In this document: positions 35,501 to 46,530 of the stretch, one piece after another
Numbering within the stretch: the first letter of the stretch is position 1
How the letters are laid out: each line of letters starts with the position of its first letter
Source: Azolla caroliniana
Lineage: Eukaryota > Plantae > Polypodiophyta
Length of the DNA: 64,000 bases
Assembly: GCA_043228905.1 (NCBI GenBank)
Contig: JBHGNT010000018.1
Span: 10,230,001 to 10,294,000, forward strand
Reading direction: 5' to 3'
Made by a program: the position numbers and the translations under genes
Notes under the pieces: model-generated
Database searches by the model: none
Seen by the model: the letters and a program-made list of their open reading frames with translations, nothing else
What the model was told of the DNA's origin: nothing

Positions 35501-38500
35501 ATGGATAGAGGCATGACGAGCTCGCTTCCAACAGAGAAGCTCGACAGAACCAACTACGCGTCTTGGTCCTACAAGATGCACCAGTACCTGCTCGGGCACG
35601 ACTACTGGAGTTATGTCGAAGGAGCTAATGACGCGGCAACCGAATTGACACACAGAGACTTCCCGTCGTGGGAGCAATCAGCGAGCAGGGTATTATACTA
35701 CTTCGCGTCGTGTGTGGGCGAACAATTATTGAGCTATGTTCGGGATGCAAAGACACCGAAGGGTGCGTGGGAAAATCTGAAGAAGATCTTTGCCGCGAGC
35801 ACCACAGCCAGGAAGCTTCAGCTCCGACAGGAGTTGAGCAACCTACGACAACGCGACTTGTCGGTAGCGAACTATACCTCGAAGATCAAGGATATCTGCG
35901 ACTCCCTCGCCTCCATAGAGGTGAACATCGAGGAGAGCGAGATGGTCCAGATCTGTCTTGGAGGATTGGCGTCGAAGTTCGGAGGGTTCCGAACGGCTGT
36001 GTGTACCCGGGAGAATACGCCGTCCTTTTTCGACTTACAATGAATGCTCCTGGTAGAGGAGAACCACGTGGGTGCGTCTACAAGCACGCACACCGACAAC
36101 AGAATGCTGTACACGGAGGGAGATAGGCCCCGTGGACGTGGAGGACGAGGCGAGTCGGCGCGCAATGGAGGCGGCCGACGAGATCAAGGAAGAAGGCACC
36201 GAAGTGATGCCGACAGCAACTCCGGACCCTCCGGAAACAGGGGGAGTCGAAGCGATGAGAACCGGCAAGGAAAGGCCATCGCGGAGTGCTGGTACTGTGG
36301 CAAGAAAGGCCATAGGGAAAGTGAGTGTTGGAAGAAGCGCGCCGATTCGGAGAGAACCAGTTCCGGAAACGGCTCCGGACATACCGACAAGGGAAATCGG
36401 CAGCGATCGCACTACGCCGAAGACTCCGGGAGAGCCGGAGAAGGGTCTGCCTTCGTGACGAGACACGAAGCAAACTTGATGAAACAGACCACCCCGAGAT
36501 CGGACGAGGTGTGGTACGTAGACTCCGGCGCGTCAAACCACATGACGAGCCATAAGGAGTGGTTCTCGTACCTTGAAAAACCGATACAACTTGGAGTAGT
36601 CGCAACTGGAGACAACACTTTGCATCCGATCGCGAATGTCGGAGAAGTTCCCCTTAGCCATGTCGAGCAGAAAGGGAAACTCATGAACGTGTTGCACGTT
36701 CCGACAATCACGAAGAACTTGGTCTCGGTCGGATAGATCGTCGACCAAGGGATGGAGGTTCGGTTTACACACCTCGAGTGCTTCATTGAGGAAGAAGGCC
36801 GTGTGATTGCGCAAGGGCGCAGAGACGGGAGGATGTTCATCCTCGACTCCACTGACGGCGGCACCACAATGTTCGCGAAGGGACAAAAATCCGAGTCGGA
36901 CATCGACTTGTGGCACAAGCGGATACGCCACGTCAACTTCCAGCGGCTTCAAGATCTGCAATCGAAACAGGTAGTGTTCGGATTGCCCAAATTTAGTGGC
37001 CGAAAGGCACAAATTTGTGAAGCCTACCAACTCGGGGAGCAACACCGACTTCCTTTCCCAAACGAGCGAAACCGGAGCCGGAACAAGCTCGACCTTATAC
37101 ACTCCGATGTATGGGGGCCGACACAAAACATTAGTCTTGGCGGGAGCCGATATTTCGTCTCCTTCATCGACAACCACACACGGCACATGTGGATCTACCT
37201 TATTGAGAGGAAGAGCGAAGTCTTCGACTGTTTCCGGGACCTCAAAGGGTTCGTGGAAACAGAAACGGAACGAAAGATCAAGTGCCTGCGGTCGGATGGC
37301 GGTAAAGAGTACTTTTCCGGTCAATTCAACGGTTATCTACAACAAATGGGAATTCGGCGCGAATTCAGTTGTAGATACACGCCGGAGCAGAACGGCATGG
37401 CCGAGAGGAAAAATCGGTCAGTTGTGGAAGCGGCACGGGCAATGCTGGAGGAGAAGAGCTTGCCCAAGTTCTACTGGGCCGAGGCGGTAAGGACCGCGGT
37501 ATACATCCAGAACCGGATTGGAGACAAAGTGTTGACGCACGAGCTATATTTCGGAATGAAGCCGAACTTGCGACACTTGAGGGTGTTCGGTAGTATTGCG
37601 TATGTGCATGTACCGAAGGAGAAAAGGAGGAAGCTGGACGCAAAGGCCGAGAAATGCATCTTGGTCGGTTACTCGGACGAGCAGAAGGGTTATAAGTGCT
37701 ATAACCCTCGCACCAAACAAGCGTGTGTTAGCCGCGATGTTGTGTTTGACGAGTCCGCGTCTTGGTACCAGCCCCCGACTCCGAACCCCGACTCCAATCC
37801 GAGCTCTAACGATGAGGTCAGCGAGGCCGAGATGCCTCCGAATGAGCCCAAAATCGAGACCCGCGAAGAGAGTTCAATTTCACTCCGTTTAAGTGGACCG
37901 ATTGGACGACTGAGTCGGTACGACCAGTCAGATGAAGAGTCGGGGAGTAGTGGAGACTCGGCCGTGCATTCCCCGCGTAGGAAGCCGAGGAGACGGCCTA
38001 CGCGCAAAGAGAAAGGGAAGAAGAAGGTGTCGGATTCTGGCATGGATAGGAACGAGTCAGACCAACGCGAGTCCGACTCCGAGGGAACCGGTGATGGGTC
38101 TTTAAAGGAGAAGTCCGCGTTGACCGAGAAGGCCTCGACATTGGCTAATGTGAGATAACGCCAGTCTACCCGCCAGAAGAATCCTGTTTTGCGGTTCGGA
38201 TACAACGAGTACATGGCGCATCATTATGCATACATGACCCGTGTAGCGGAAGTGCGTGAGCCGGAGAGCTACGCAGAAGCGGCTAGAGACGCGAATTGGC
38301 GCACCGCGATGGAGGGAGAGATGCACGCATTGGCGGAGAACGAGACCTGGGATCTGGTTGACGCACCAAGAGGGGTAAAACCGATCGGGTGTAGGTGGGT
38401 GTACAAGGTTAAGTACAACACCGATGGCTCGGTCAACCGGTACAAGGCTCGGCTAGTGGCAATGGGCTACGCGCGGAAACACGACATCGACTACGATGAG

Positions 38501-40135
38501 ACGTTTGCGCCGGTCGCGAAAATGACGATCGTCCGTGTTTTGCTCGCAGTAGCTGCGGTGAATGGGTGGCACTTACATCAGATGGATGTAAAGAATGCGT
38601 TCCTGCAAGGTGAGCTTGAGGAACAAGTGTACATGGTACAGCCCCCCGGATTCCTCTCCGGAACGAACTCCTCGGCAGTATGCCGACTGAAGAAGTCCCT
38701 TTACGGACTAAAGCAAGCCCTGCGTGCCTGGAACGCGAAGATCACGCAACGACTGCGTCGGATGGGCTTCGTCACGTCAAAATCGGACTCTTCCCTGTTC
38801 ATCCGGAAAGGTCGACTTGGACCGGTTAGTATTTTACTATATGTTGATGACTTGGTCATCACCGGCGCCGACCTAGGTGAAATCGACCACGTGAAGCTCC
38901 AGCTTGCGGTATCGTTCGACATGAAGGATCTGGGAGACCTTCATTAGTTCCTCGGGATCGAAGTGATCCGTACCCCCGAAGGCATATTGATCAGCCAACG
39001 TCATTACGTGCTGAGTGTGCTCTTCAAATTTGGGATGGCCAACTGTAAGTCCGTCTCGACTCCTCTGGACAGAACCATCAAGCTTCGTCCCGATACGGGA
39101 AAGGTATGCGACCCGATGAGGTTCCGACAAATTGTCGCAAGCCTCATATACTTGACCATCACCCGACCCGACCTCAATTATCCGGTCGGAGTGATTAGTC
39201 AGTTCATGGCGCGACCTACCGAGGAGCACCTTCAGTGTGCGCAACGCATACTTCGGTATGTCAACGGCACTAAGGACCGGGGACTGCTATATCGGACCGG
39301 TGCAGTCGCGCAGTTAGTCGGCTACACCGATGCTGATTGGGCTGGCAACGCCGCCGATCGCCGATCCACGTCCGGATACGCGTTCTCCCTTGGGAGTGCC
39401 GCGATTGCGTGGAGCAGTAAGAAGCAGCCGACAGCTGCACTGTCGAGCACCGAAGCTGAGTACCGAGGAGCGGCTGTCGTGACATGCGAAGCCATATGGT
39501 TGAAGCGGCTACTTAAGGACCTGCAAGAGGAGGTGTCAGATCCGACGACGATCTATTGCGACAACCTCAGCAGCATCCAGCTCGCGAAAAACCCCGTTTT
39601 CCACGCACGGACCAAACACATTGAGGTGTACTACCATTTCGTCCGTGAGTGTCTCCTTTCCAGTGAAGTCGAACTTCAGTACGTTTCGACAGATCGGCAG
39701 ACTGCCGACATCTTCACCAAGCCTCTTGGTCTGGAAAAGTTGCGGCAATTCTCAGGTGCGCTCGGATTACGTCACCTCGACGTGCCAAACTTGAGGGGGA
39801 GAACAGTCCCGAACGACCAAGCAAGGCAGCAAGAAAGGAGCGGAGACTGCGACACCGAGTCGGTTGTCGAGTTCGACTTCGGATTGGCTGAAGAAGCCGA
39901 GGGCGGGCCCGCGGAAAAGTCTGGAAGCGGACAGAAGGGGAGCAACCGAAGGAGAGAGCCGAAGCCAACCACGCATGGGGAAGATGACGCCATCGAGGGC
40001 GAGAAGACCGAAGAAGAGTTGGAGACAACCAACTCGGACGAGAGCGAAAACCGATCAGAGGTAGCCGAGTCGGTTCGGATGCTTGATTCTGATACGCTGA
40101 ATCAACCGAGGTCCAAGCGGAAGAAAAGGAAGTAG
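35501..40135 (+). pseudogene. Copia gag-pol of element D, one frame with four in-frame stops and an acidic C-terminal extension
   Basis: Five ORF pieces share one frame; CWYCGKKGHRESEC, WYVDSGAS, LRSDGGKEY, LYVDDLV, ADIFTKPL; stops at 36041, 36734, 38156, 38945. Confidence 0.93.
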
Positions 40136-40321
40136 GAGAAGCGTCAACACCGCAACAATAGAAGAGCTGATAAGGGCCACATGAGCAGACAAACCGACCG
40201 GAAGGGTCGAAGCGCGCAGAGTCGAACAGGTCGAGGAGCGTGAGCGAGGCGTGAAGCCAGGAGGAATCGGAGCTGTGAGCCCGAAGATCCCGAAGAGCCT
40301 CAAGTTGAGCTTGAGGGGGAG

Positions 40322-40751
40322 TGTTGAGAGACAAGCTCAACATCGGCTGGATCGGTTGGGACCGATCGGTTAGGCCGAATGCGTAAACCGGTATGCAGAC
40401 CGGTGCGTAAGTAGGGCCGGATCGGTGCGTAAACCGGGAGGCCGTTAGGAAAGATATTCCGTGAGGAATATATTTGGGAGTTAGTGTAGGAGCTCTTAAT
40501 GAGCATTGAAGTACTGTCAGTCCTTCTGTCAGTCCTTCTAGGACTTGTATAAAAGTGTTTATTGAACACACACATGTATATAGTGGTGAATAGAGATTGT
40601 GTACTTCTGTTGAATATAGTTCTTGTGTTTTCTCTCTCTCACTCGCTCTGTCTCTCCCGAGTATACTATGTAAGCTCAAGCTCTCCATTAAACTTGAGTT
40701 TTCTTCCTTCTGTTCAGTCTTCATACTTGCTTCCGCGCGCTACTTTTTACA
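40322..40751 (+). repeat. 3' LTR of element D
   Basis: Homologous to 29740-30181 with a ~25-bp deletion, a 12-bp duplication and several transitions. Confidence 0.94.
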
Positions 40752-43299
40752 ATCTGCCATCTTCTTCATTGGTTGATTTTGGTGCACCAACACGATACAC
40801 CTTCTTAGCCACATCTTCCAATGTTTTTATACCTTCGATAATAGTTTTACGGTCAAAGGTTCCTAACCCTTGCTCGAGACATTGAAGTGCTTTCACGACC
40901 GTTTGTATTTTGGACTTGAATGATTCAATCTTGGATGTTGTGGGGTTTGTCTCCTTGACCTGTTCTACCTCTGCCTCCACGTCTATTTCTGTATTATGGT
41001 CCATTCACATTTGGGTTGCGTGATCTATAAAAGGCAATGAGCCACATAAATGTGGCATATGCCTCTCAATAATCATTCGGATACCAAGTAAATGCTTACA
41101 TTTACTCGCAATGTCTTGGCAATCACAATATGAACATTGGAGTGAGACATTATACCATAGAGTGGGAGTTGTCATGCGCAAGATTTTAAACCAATATCGG
41201 GCCTCGTCGATAATTTCCATTGTGGAAGTATTGTCGACATACCTTTCCAATATTCTCTCTTCTTTTTTAAGTCAGGACCTTTGATCCCTACAATTCGTTC
41301 GGGGTGCAAACCAACCACTCTCACATATTTCTTGTCATTGCTTGTACCACTCTATTACCATTCCTCCTATGCAAGTGCCAGTTTCACTGTCCCCGATTAA
41401 GACATGTAGAAGGTCGGTAATTGATCGGTTTATTCTTCCGCTCAAGGCAGTATACTTGATAAACTACCAATGTCTTTCCACAATATTGGTAGTGTCAATG
41501 TGTCCATAGTTGAACATTCTACCAAACTTGGGCCAGAGTTTCCCCCACACACATGTCAGACCACACCATCCTCCTTCTATATATTGCCAAACACTAGGCT
41601 TATCTGCATATTCTACCTTTAACTCCTCACACATCGCATTGAATGCGGATTCAGTAATGCATTGCATCAATTGGCACATTCGTTGATAAAGATGGCTTCT
41701 CTGAGTTGCACTTACTTTTGGCAACAAGTTGTCCACCCATGACTTTTTGGCGTGAAACTGACACAACAGAAGTCGACAATGTGTTTGCGACCGTTGCCCA
41801 TTTACAACAATCCAAGATTGACGGTCTGTTGCAACCACATTAGTTATGGCATTATATGATGTCCAACATTTATCAATCACTATTGCATTTGGCCTCACCG
41901 TGGGCATCCTTGCGAATATGACTCTCAAACAAGTTTCTAATGTGACTTGCTCATGGTTTGACCCCTTATCAGAACTACAAAGCATGTACCATAATGGGAT
42001 CCCAATTCCCATGGCGTTGGGGGCAACTACTGCATATAATGGTAGCCCGAATTGGTTTGTTTTAAATGTCAAGTCAATTGCCCAAGAGTTGTTTAGGGTT
42101 AACCGCTCACACATTTCCAACATCCATTGATCTTGAAGTATCAAGATAAATGGTTGTTTGGCGGGAGATCCTGGTTCACCAAGCAGGTAGGGTTGAACAT
42201 GAGCCACTTTCCCAAGATCTCGAAGTGCATAGGCATCTTGTATCATCAAAGCCCAATCAACCTTAGTCATGGCACTCCCGAATTTTAACCTATTTGCCAT
42301 GTTATGGACCTCCTTTGGTATCATAAAGAACCAATAGCTAACAAGCTCTAATGGACTAGCCTTGGACTTATGATATGCTTCCTTACGCATGCTCATTCGT
42401 GCCACATGCCTTGCACACCCAACATCAAATAGGTCATCTTTGCAACAACTTATGACATTGGGGTGTACTGGCAAATGGTACACATCCGACCTACTACATG
42501 GTACATGACCACTATGAGGTCCATATATTGAAATGGTAAGTGTCTCATTGTCAACACCGTCATTCATTCTAACGTCCACATGGAATGTGCACCCACATCG
42601 GGGTGTGCACCTGCGTCGTCGAGTGGAATTAGAGGCAAGTCGAGATGTCCCAACACGATGGCAACTATACCTAGTCACATGCATACCCTTCTTGACTCCT
42701 TTCCTTAAACGTGTGTGGTACTTGGTTTGCAAATCTGTGAGCACATAATCTAATTGGTGGGCTTCTATCTTGATCACTTCTATGGGTAGGGTCTTGTTAT
42801 ATTTGGCCATGCTTGATCCCAAACCTTCTATCGGGTCGACCTTTGATACCATTTGGCAACCACAACTTGTAATGAGTGCTTTTACGTACTCCGGTGGGAT
42901 GCCATAATCACGTATATCAGTCGCATAAACTAGCTTTAACTCTTTAAGAGTCTTTGAAAATGTGTGATGGGATGTGTCACCATGTGACGCTAATACTACT
43001 TCCCTCCATTTCTCAACGTATAATACTTGAAGATTAGGTGATGCTTTAAGGTAAATTACACTTTCATTCCTGAGTATGAGACGACTCTTCATGCGCCTCC
43101 ATGCATGAAGTGAAAGAGGTGCTCCCCTTGCGACATCACGTAATGCTTCCAATGTTACCTTAACTTGTCCCAATAAATCTTTAACCATCAAATTATACGT
43201 ACCTCTTGAAAATGCAAAATACCTGGGGGAACAATACATGAAGGGATCGACCGCCTCATCCTCACGATCGGAATCTGATAACTCAAAAGGAATCTCCAT
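40752..43299 (-). pseudogene. MULE/MuDR-type transposase (WRKY-GCM1-like DNA-binding domain, DDE domain, SWIM finger) with in-frame stops
   Basis: YSCHR...CGC...HSGH; WAIDLTFKTN, IVIDKC, LCQFH, TTNIVERHW; CDCQDIASKCKH; four stops, no frameshift. Confidence 0.9.
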
Positions 43300-43762
43300 T
43301 TAATCCTCAAATACAAACGATGCATTGGATGACCATGACGTATCCTCAGATTCATCTTCCGACATGGCGAAGACACAATGATGCCTTGTGCTCTCCACAG
43401 CAAACACAATATGATCGAGAATGCCAATGATTGAGGTGAATTAAGTGAATGTGAGAGATTATGCGAATGAATGAAGTGAATGAATTCAAATAATTCACAT
43501 GAATGGAGTGGATTATTTCAGCTCTTCTTCAATGATTTAGTTCGAGAGTGTTTAGGGCTACTAGTGAACGATCGAGAATGAGGGTGAATGAAATGAGTGC
43601 GAGTGATTAATAGTCTGTTAAGGAAGGGAATGAGTTCAATCCTTAGTGAATGAGTCTACCTCTTAGTGCCTGCTACTGAATTTGATGAATCAATTTGCTA
43701 TTGTCGTTAGTATGATCATTGAAACGCCATCATTACACGTAGTTGGGCAATTGACTATTAAT

Positions 43763-43925
43763 AAGTCGGGCTCCTCATTAATCAGTCAGGCTCCCTTTTT
43801 TAAATGAGTCGGGCTCCTCATTAATCAGTCGGGCTCCCTTTTTCAAATGAGTCGGACTCCTCATTAATCATTCGGGCTCTCTCTTTTATAATGAGTCAGG
43901 CTCCTCATTAATTAGTCGGGTTCCC
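43763..43925. repeat. Internal array of the MULE subterminal motif AGTCGGGCTCC (about 8 copies)
   Basis: AGTCGGGCTCCTCATTAATC-type units; same motif at 29120-29280 (inverted) and 48841-48895. Confidence 0.88.
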
Positions 43926-43939
43926 TACACCAAAACATT

Positions 43940-44420
43940 TTGTACATTGCTTTGTCTACCTTCTCTATTATTGACTATTATTGCATTGTCTAGTATTGCA
44001 TTGTTGTACATTTCTTTGTCAGCAATATCCATTATTGACTAGTATTGCATTGTTGTACATTTCTTTGTCGGCAATATCTATTATTGACTAGTATTGCATT
44101 ATTGTACATTGCTTTTGAATAAGATTCACATTGAATCATATACAACCAGAATGAGATTCAAATAATAATATTCACAACCAAAATGTACATCAAATTGAGT
44201 CATATACAACCAGAATGAGATTCACATTGAGTCACACACTATTTAGAATGAGATTCAAATTGAGTCATATACAACCAGAATGAGATTCAAATAATAAGAC
44301 TCACAACCAGAATGTACATCAAATTGAGTCATATACAACCAAAATGAGATTCAAATAATAAGACTCACAACCAGAATGTACATTAAATTGAGTCATATAC
44401 AACCAAAATGAGATTCAACT
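43940..44420. repeat. AT-rich tandem arrays between the Ulp1 unit and the transposase
   Basis: ~48-bp ATTATTGACTAGTATTGCATTGTTGTACAT units, then repeated ATTGAGTCATATACAACCAGAATGAGATTCA. Confidence 0.88.
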
Positions 44421-44519
44421 ATTTACCAGATATTACAAAAAAGTTGGCAATCCGCATGGGATAGTAAATCGAGATCATATGTTTGATGTTACAAAGTACA
44501 ACATGCTAGTGATTAAAAT

Positions 44520-45256
44520 AACCATATGCCCAGAGTCCTTCGTGTCCATTTTTCCATGATTTTCCGAAGGAGCTCCACGTCTTTGAATCCAAACCATTGC
44601 TCCTTACCCTACACCACAAGATGCCATCAACCTAAGCCCTTACAAAAAGAAATGCTCAAATTCAATTCTCATAAATACTTACAAATTGATCGAACTCAAA
44701 TCCTTGAATGAACTCCTCGACCAACATTCGAATGGTTTGCATCACGTAATACCCACAATCCGTCCCATTAGGTTGGGTTGGGATATGCAATACCTGGAAC
44801 CGCTCGTTGTTGATGATGCAATGGTTGTGTGTGGCGCTAGAGATATGTTGTACAACCAAATCACCCAATGTCTTCATGCCGACAGTCGGATGATTATTTA
44901 GTGGATCGCAAGAAACAATTGGGCCCCTCACCTTGGCATCAAGACCTATATGAGTCTGTCGTATCTTCAACCAAAGCACCCAATGCCCTGACTGCAATAT
45001 CGGAATGAAGACATATTCTCGTTCAAGGACCCAAATGAGTATGTCTTCACCCTTATCACTTTGGCCTTCTAGTTGTACCCATAGTGGATCCACAATATGA
45101 AACCGCTTGTTGATATCGGGGGGCAACGAGTACTCCATCCATAAGTGGAAGAGCGGCATCATCCATGTGGATGCCATCTCCCCTACAATGCACAACGAAC
45201 ATAATTCTACCTCCGTCAAAAAGACCGTGAGATCTAATCGTCAACAAGCCACCTGA
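44520..45256 (-). pseudogene. Ulp1-like (peptidase C48) SUMO-protease domain exons
   Basis: YVFIPILQSGHW, CDPL, QPNGTDCGYYV (H-D-C triad plus oxyanion Q); GT-AG intron ~44638-44682, then QWFGFKDVELLR exon containing stops. Confidence 0.82.
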
Positions 45257-45606
45257 AACTTGTTTATTAGGCCAGATTAGGAACTACAAAAAAAACATAA
45301 AGTTAACTATTGATCTCATGCCCCCACCATAACGGCATACCTAGTGAACTTATTTCTTGTTGTGTTATCCCATGTTTTCGTGATTGTCCCAGGACCAACA
45401 AAGAAATCCCAATGTCCGCACCCTCATCTGTGTCAGGGTCCACTTTTTTCTTGTGGATTTGGATTTTAGGCCTCCTTGGTTGTTGGGTTGTCGATTCAGA
45501 CAGTTGGTCTTGACCACCATCGATCTCGACAGGTGTCTCATCTTCTGGCATGGGAATTCCATGATTCTTACACTAAAATTCATACATAAGATTCACACAT
45601 AATCAT

Positions 45607-46180
45607 TCACACACTAGATTTAGACTCACATAAGATGCACACATAATCATAAACCATACTTACATAAGCTTCAGACACACCCGCAATCTTCAACTTCAAT
45701 TTTGCCATCCTATGCTCCTTTCCCTCGTCATACCTGGCCATCTGTTGGCTGACAAATTGGGCAATGAAATCGGCCTCCTTCGATGTTCGAAGTGCGTCCG
45801 GAGTGGCTTTGAAGATCTTAATCGCTCTTGTCCTCAACTTCCTCATGTGTGATTGGCGTGACCTATTGTACTTTAGCTCCGGATCCAAAAAACACTTTAT
45901 TGATCGTTGTCTTTCGTAGTGGCTGAAGAATGAGGTGGATGTACTCCTCATGGAGGTCGATTGCTCTTCTTCTTCTATCTTTAGTCCCCGAGGCAGTACT
46001 ACACAGATGCCATGTTCCTTTTGTAAGTGAGCCTCCATGTCAGCTTTTTTGCGAAACCATTGTACCTCTTTTCTACATGAATCTCCAATGATACATGTGC
46101 GACATTTGATACTTGTCGAGTCTCTTTCCGTCTTGAAGGGGACATGGAGTCCACTACAACAATGGTGTGACATTTGCATT
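45607..46180 (-). CDS. Putative exon with a C2H2-like zinc finger and a basic helical region (MULE cargo)
   Basis: CRTC...FRKKADMEAHLQKEHG in a long open frame; exon limits inferred. Confidence 0.55.
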
Positions 46181-46251
46181 AGAAAAACCCAATATATACT
46201 TTCTTCAATAATGATTATAAGAATGTACATCAACTCACCATTTACATTGAT

Positions 46252-46530
46252 TGTTACGGGCATGACCATATAATATCCCATGATGAGAATTTACCATAGT
46301 ATTCTATACACGTGGATAAGTGTGAGGGTTAAACGAGAGTGTAAAGAAGGGGAGGATTACTTTTAAATCCTCGGGATTGAGACAACCCATTAGGCCAAGT
46401 GTGAACATGGCTGGAGACAAAGTAATCCTCCCCTTCTTTACACTCTCGTTTAACCCTCACACTTATCCATGTGTATAGAATACTATGGTAAATTCTCACC
46501 ACGGGATATTATATGGTCATGCCCATAACA
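46252..46530. mobile_element. 279-bp foldback/MITE-like element with TGT...ACA ends
   Basis: 112-bp arms 46252-46363 and 46419-46530 (4 mismatches), 55-bp spacer, flanks TTGAT/CTGAT. Confidence 0.9.

Larger units (their letters stand above)
29740..40751 (+). mobile_element. Ty1/copia element D inserted in the MULE transposase
   Basis: LTRs 29740-30181 (plus base 35428) and 40322-40751; TSD ATTTG/ATCTG; PBS TGGTATCAGAGC 35429-35440; PPT 40311-40321. Confidence 0.95.
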
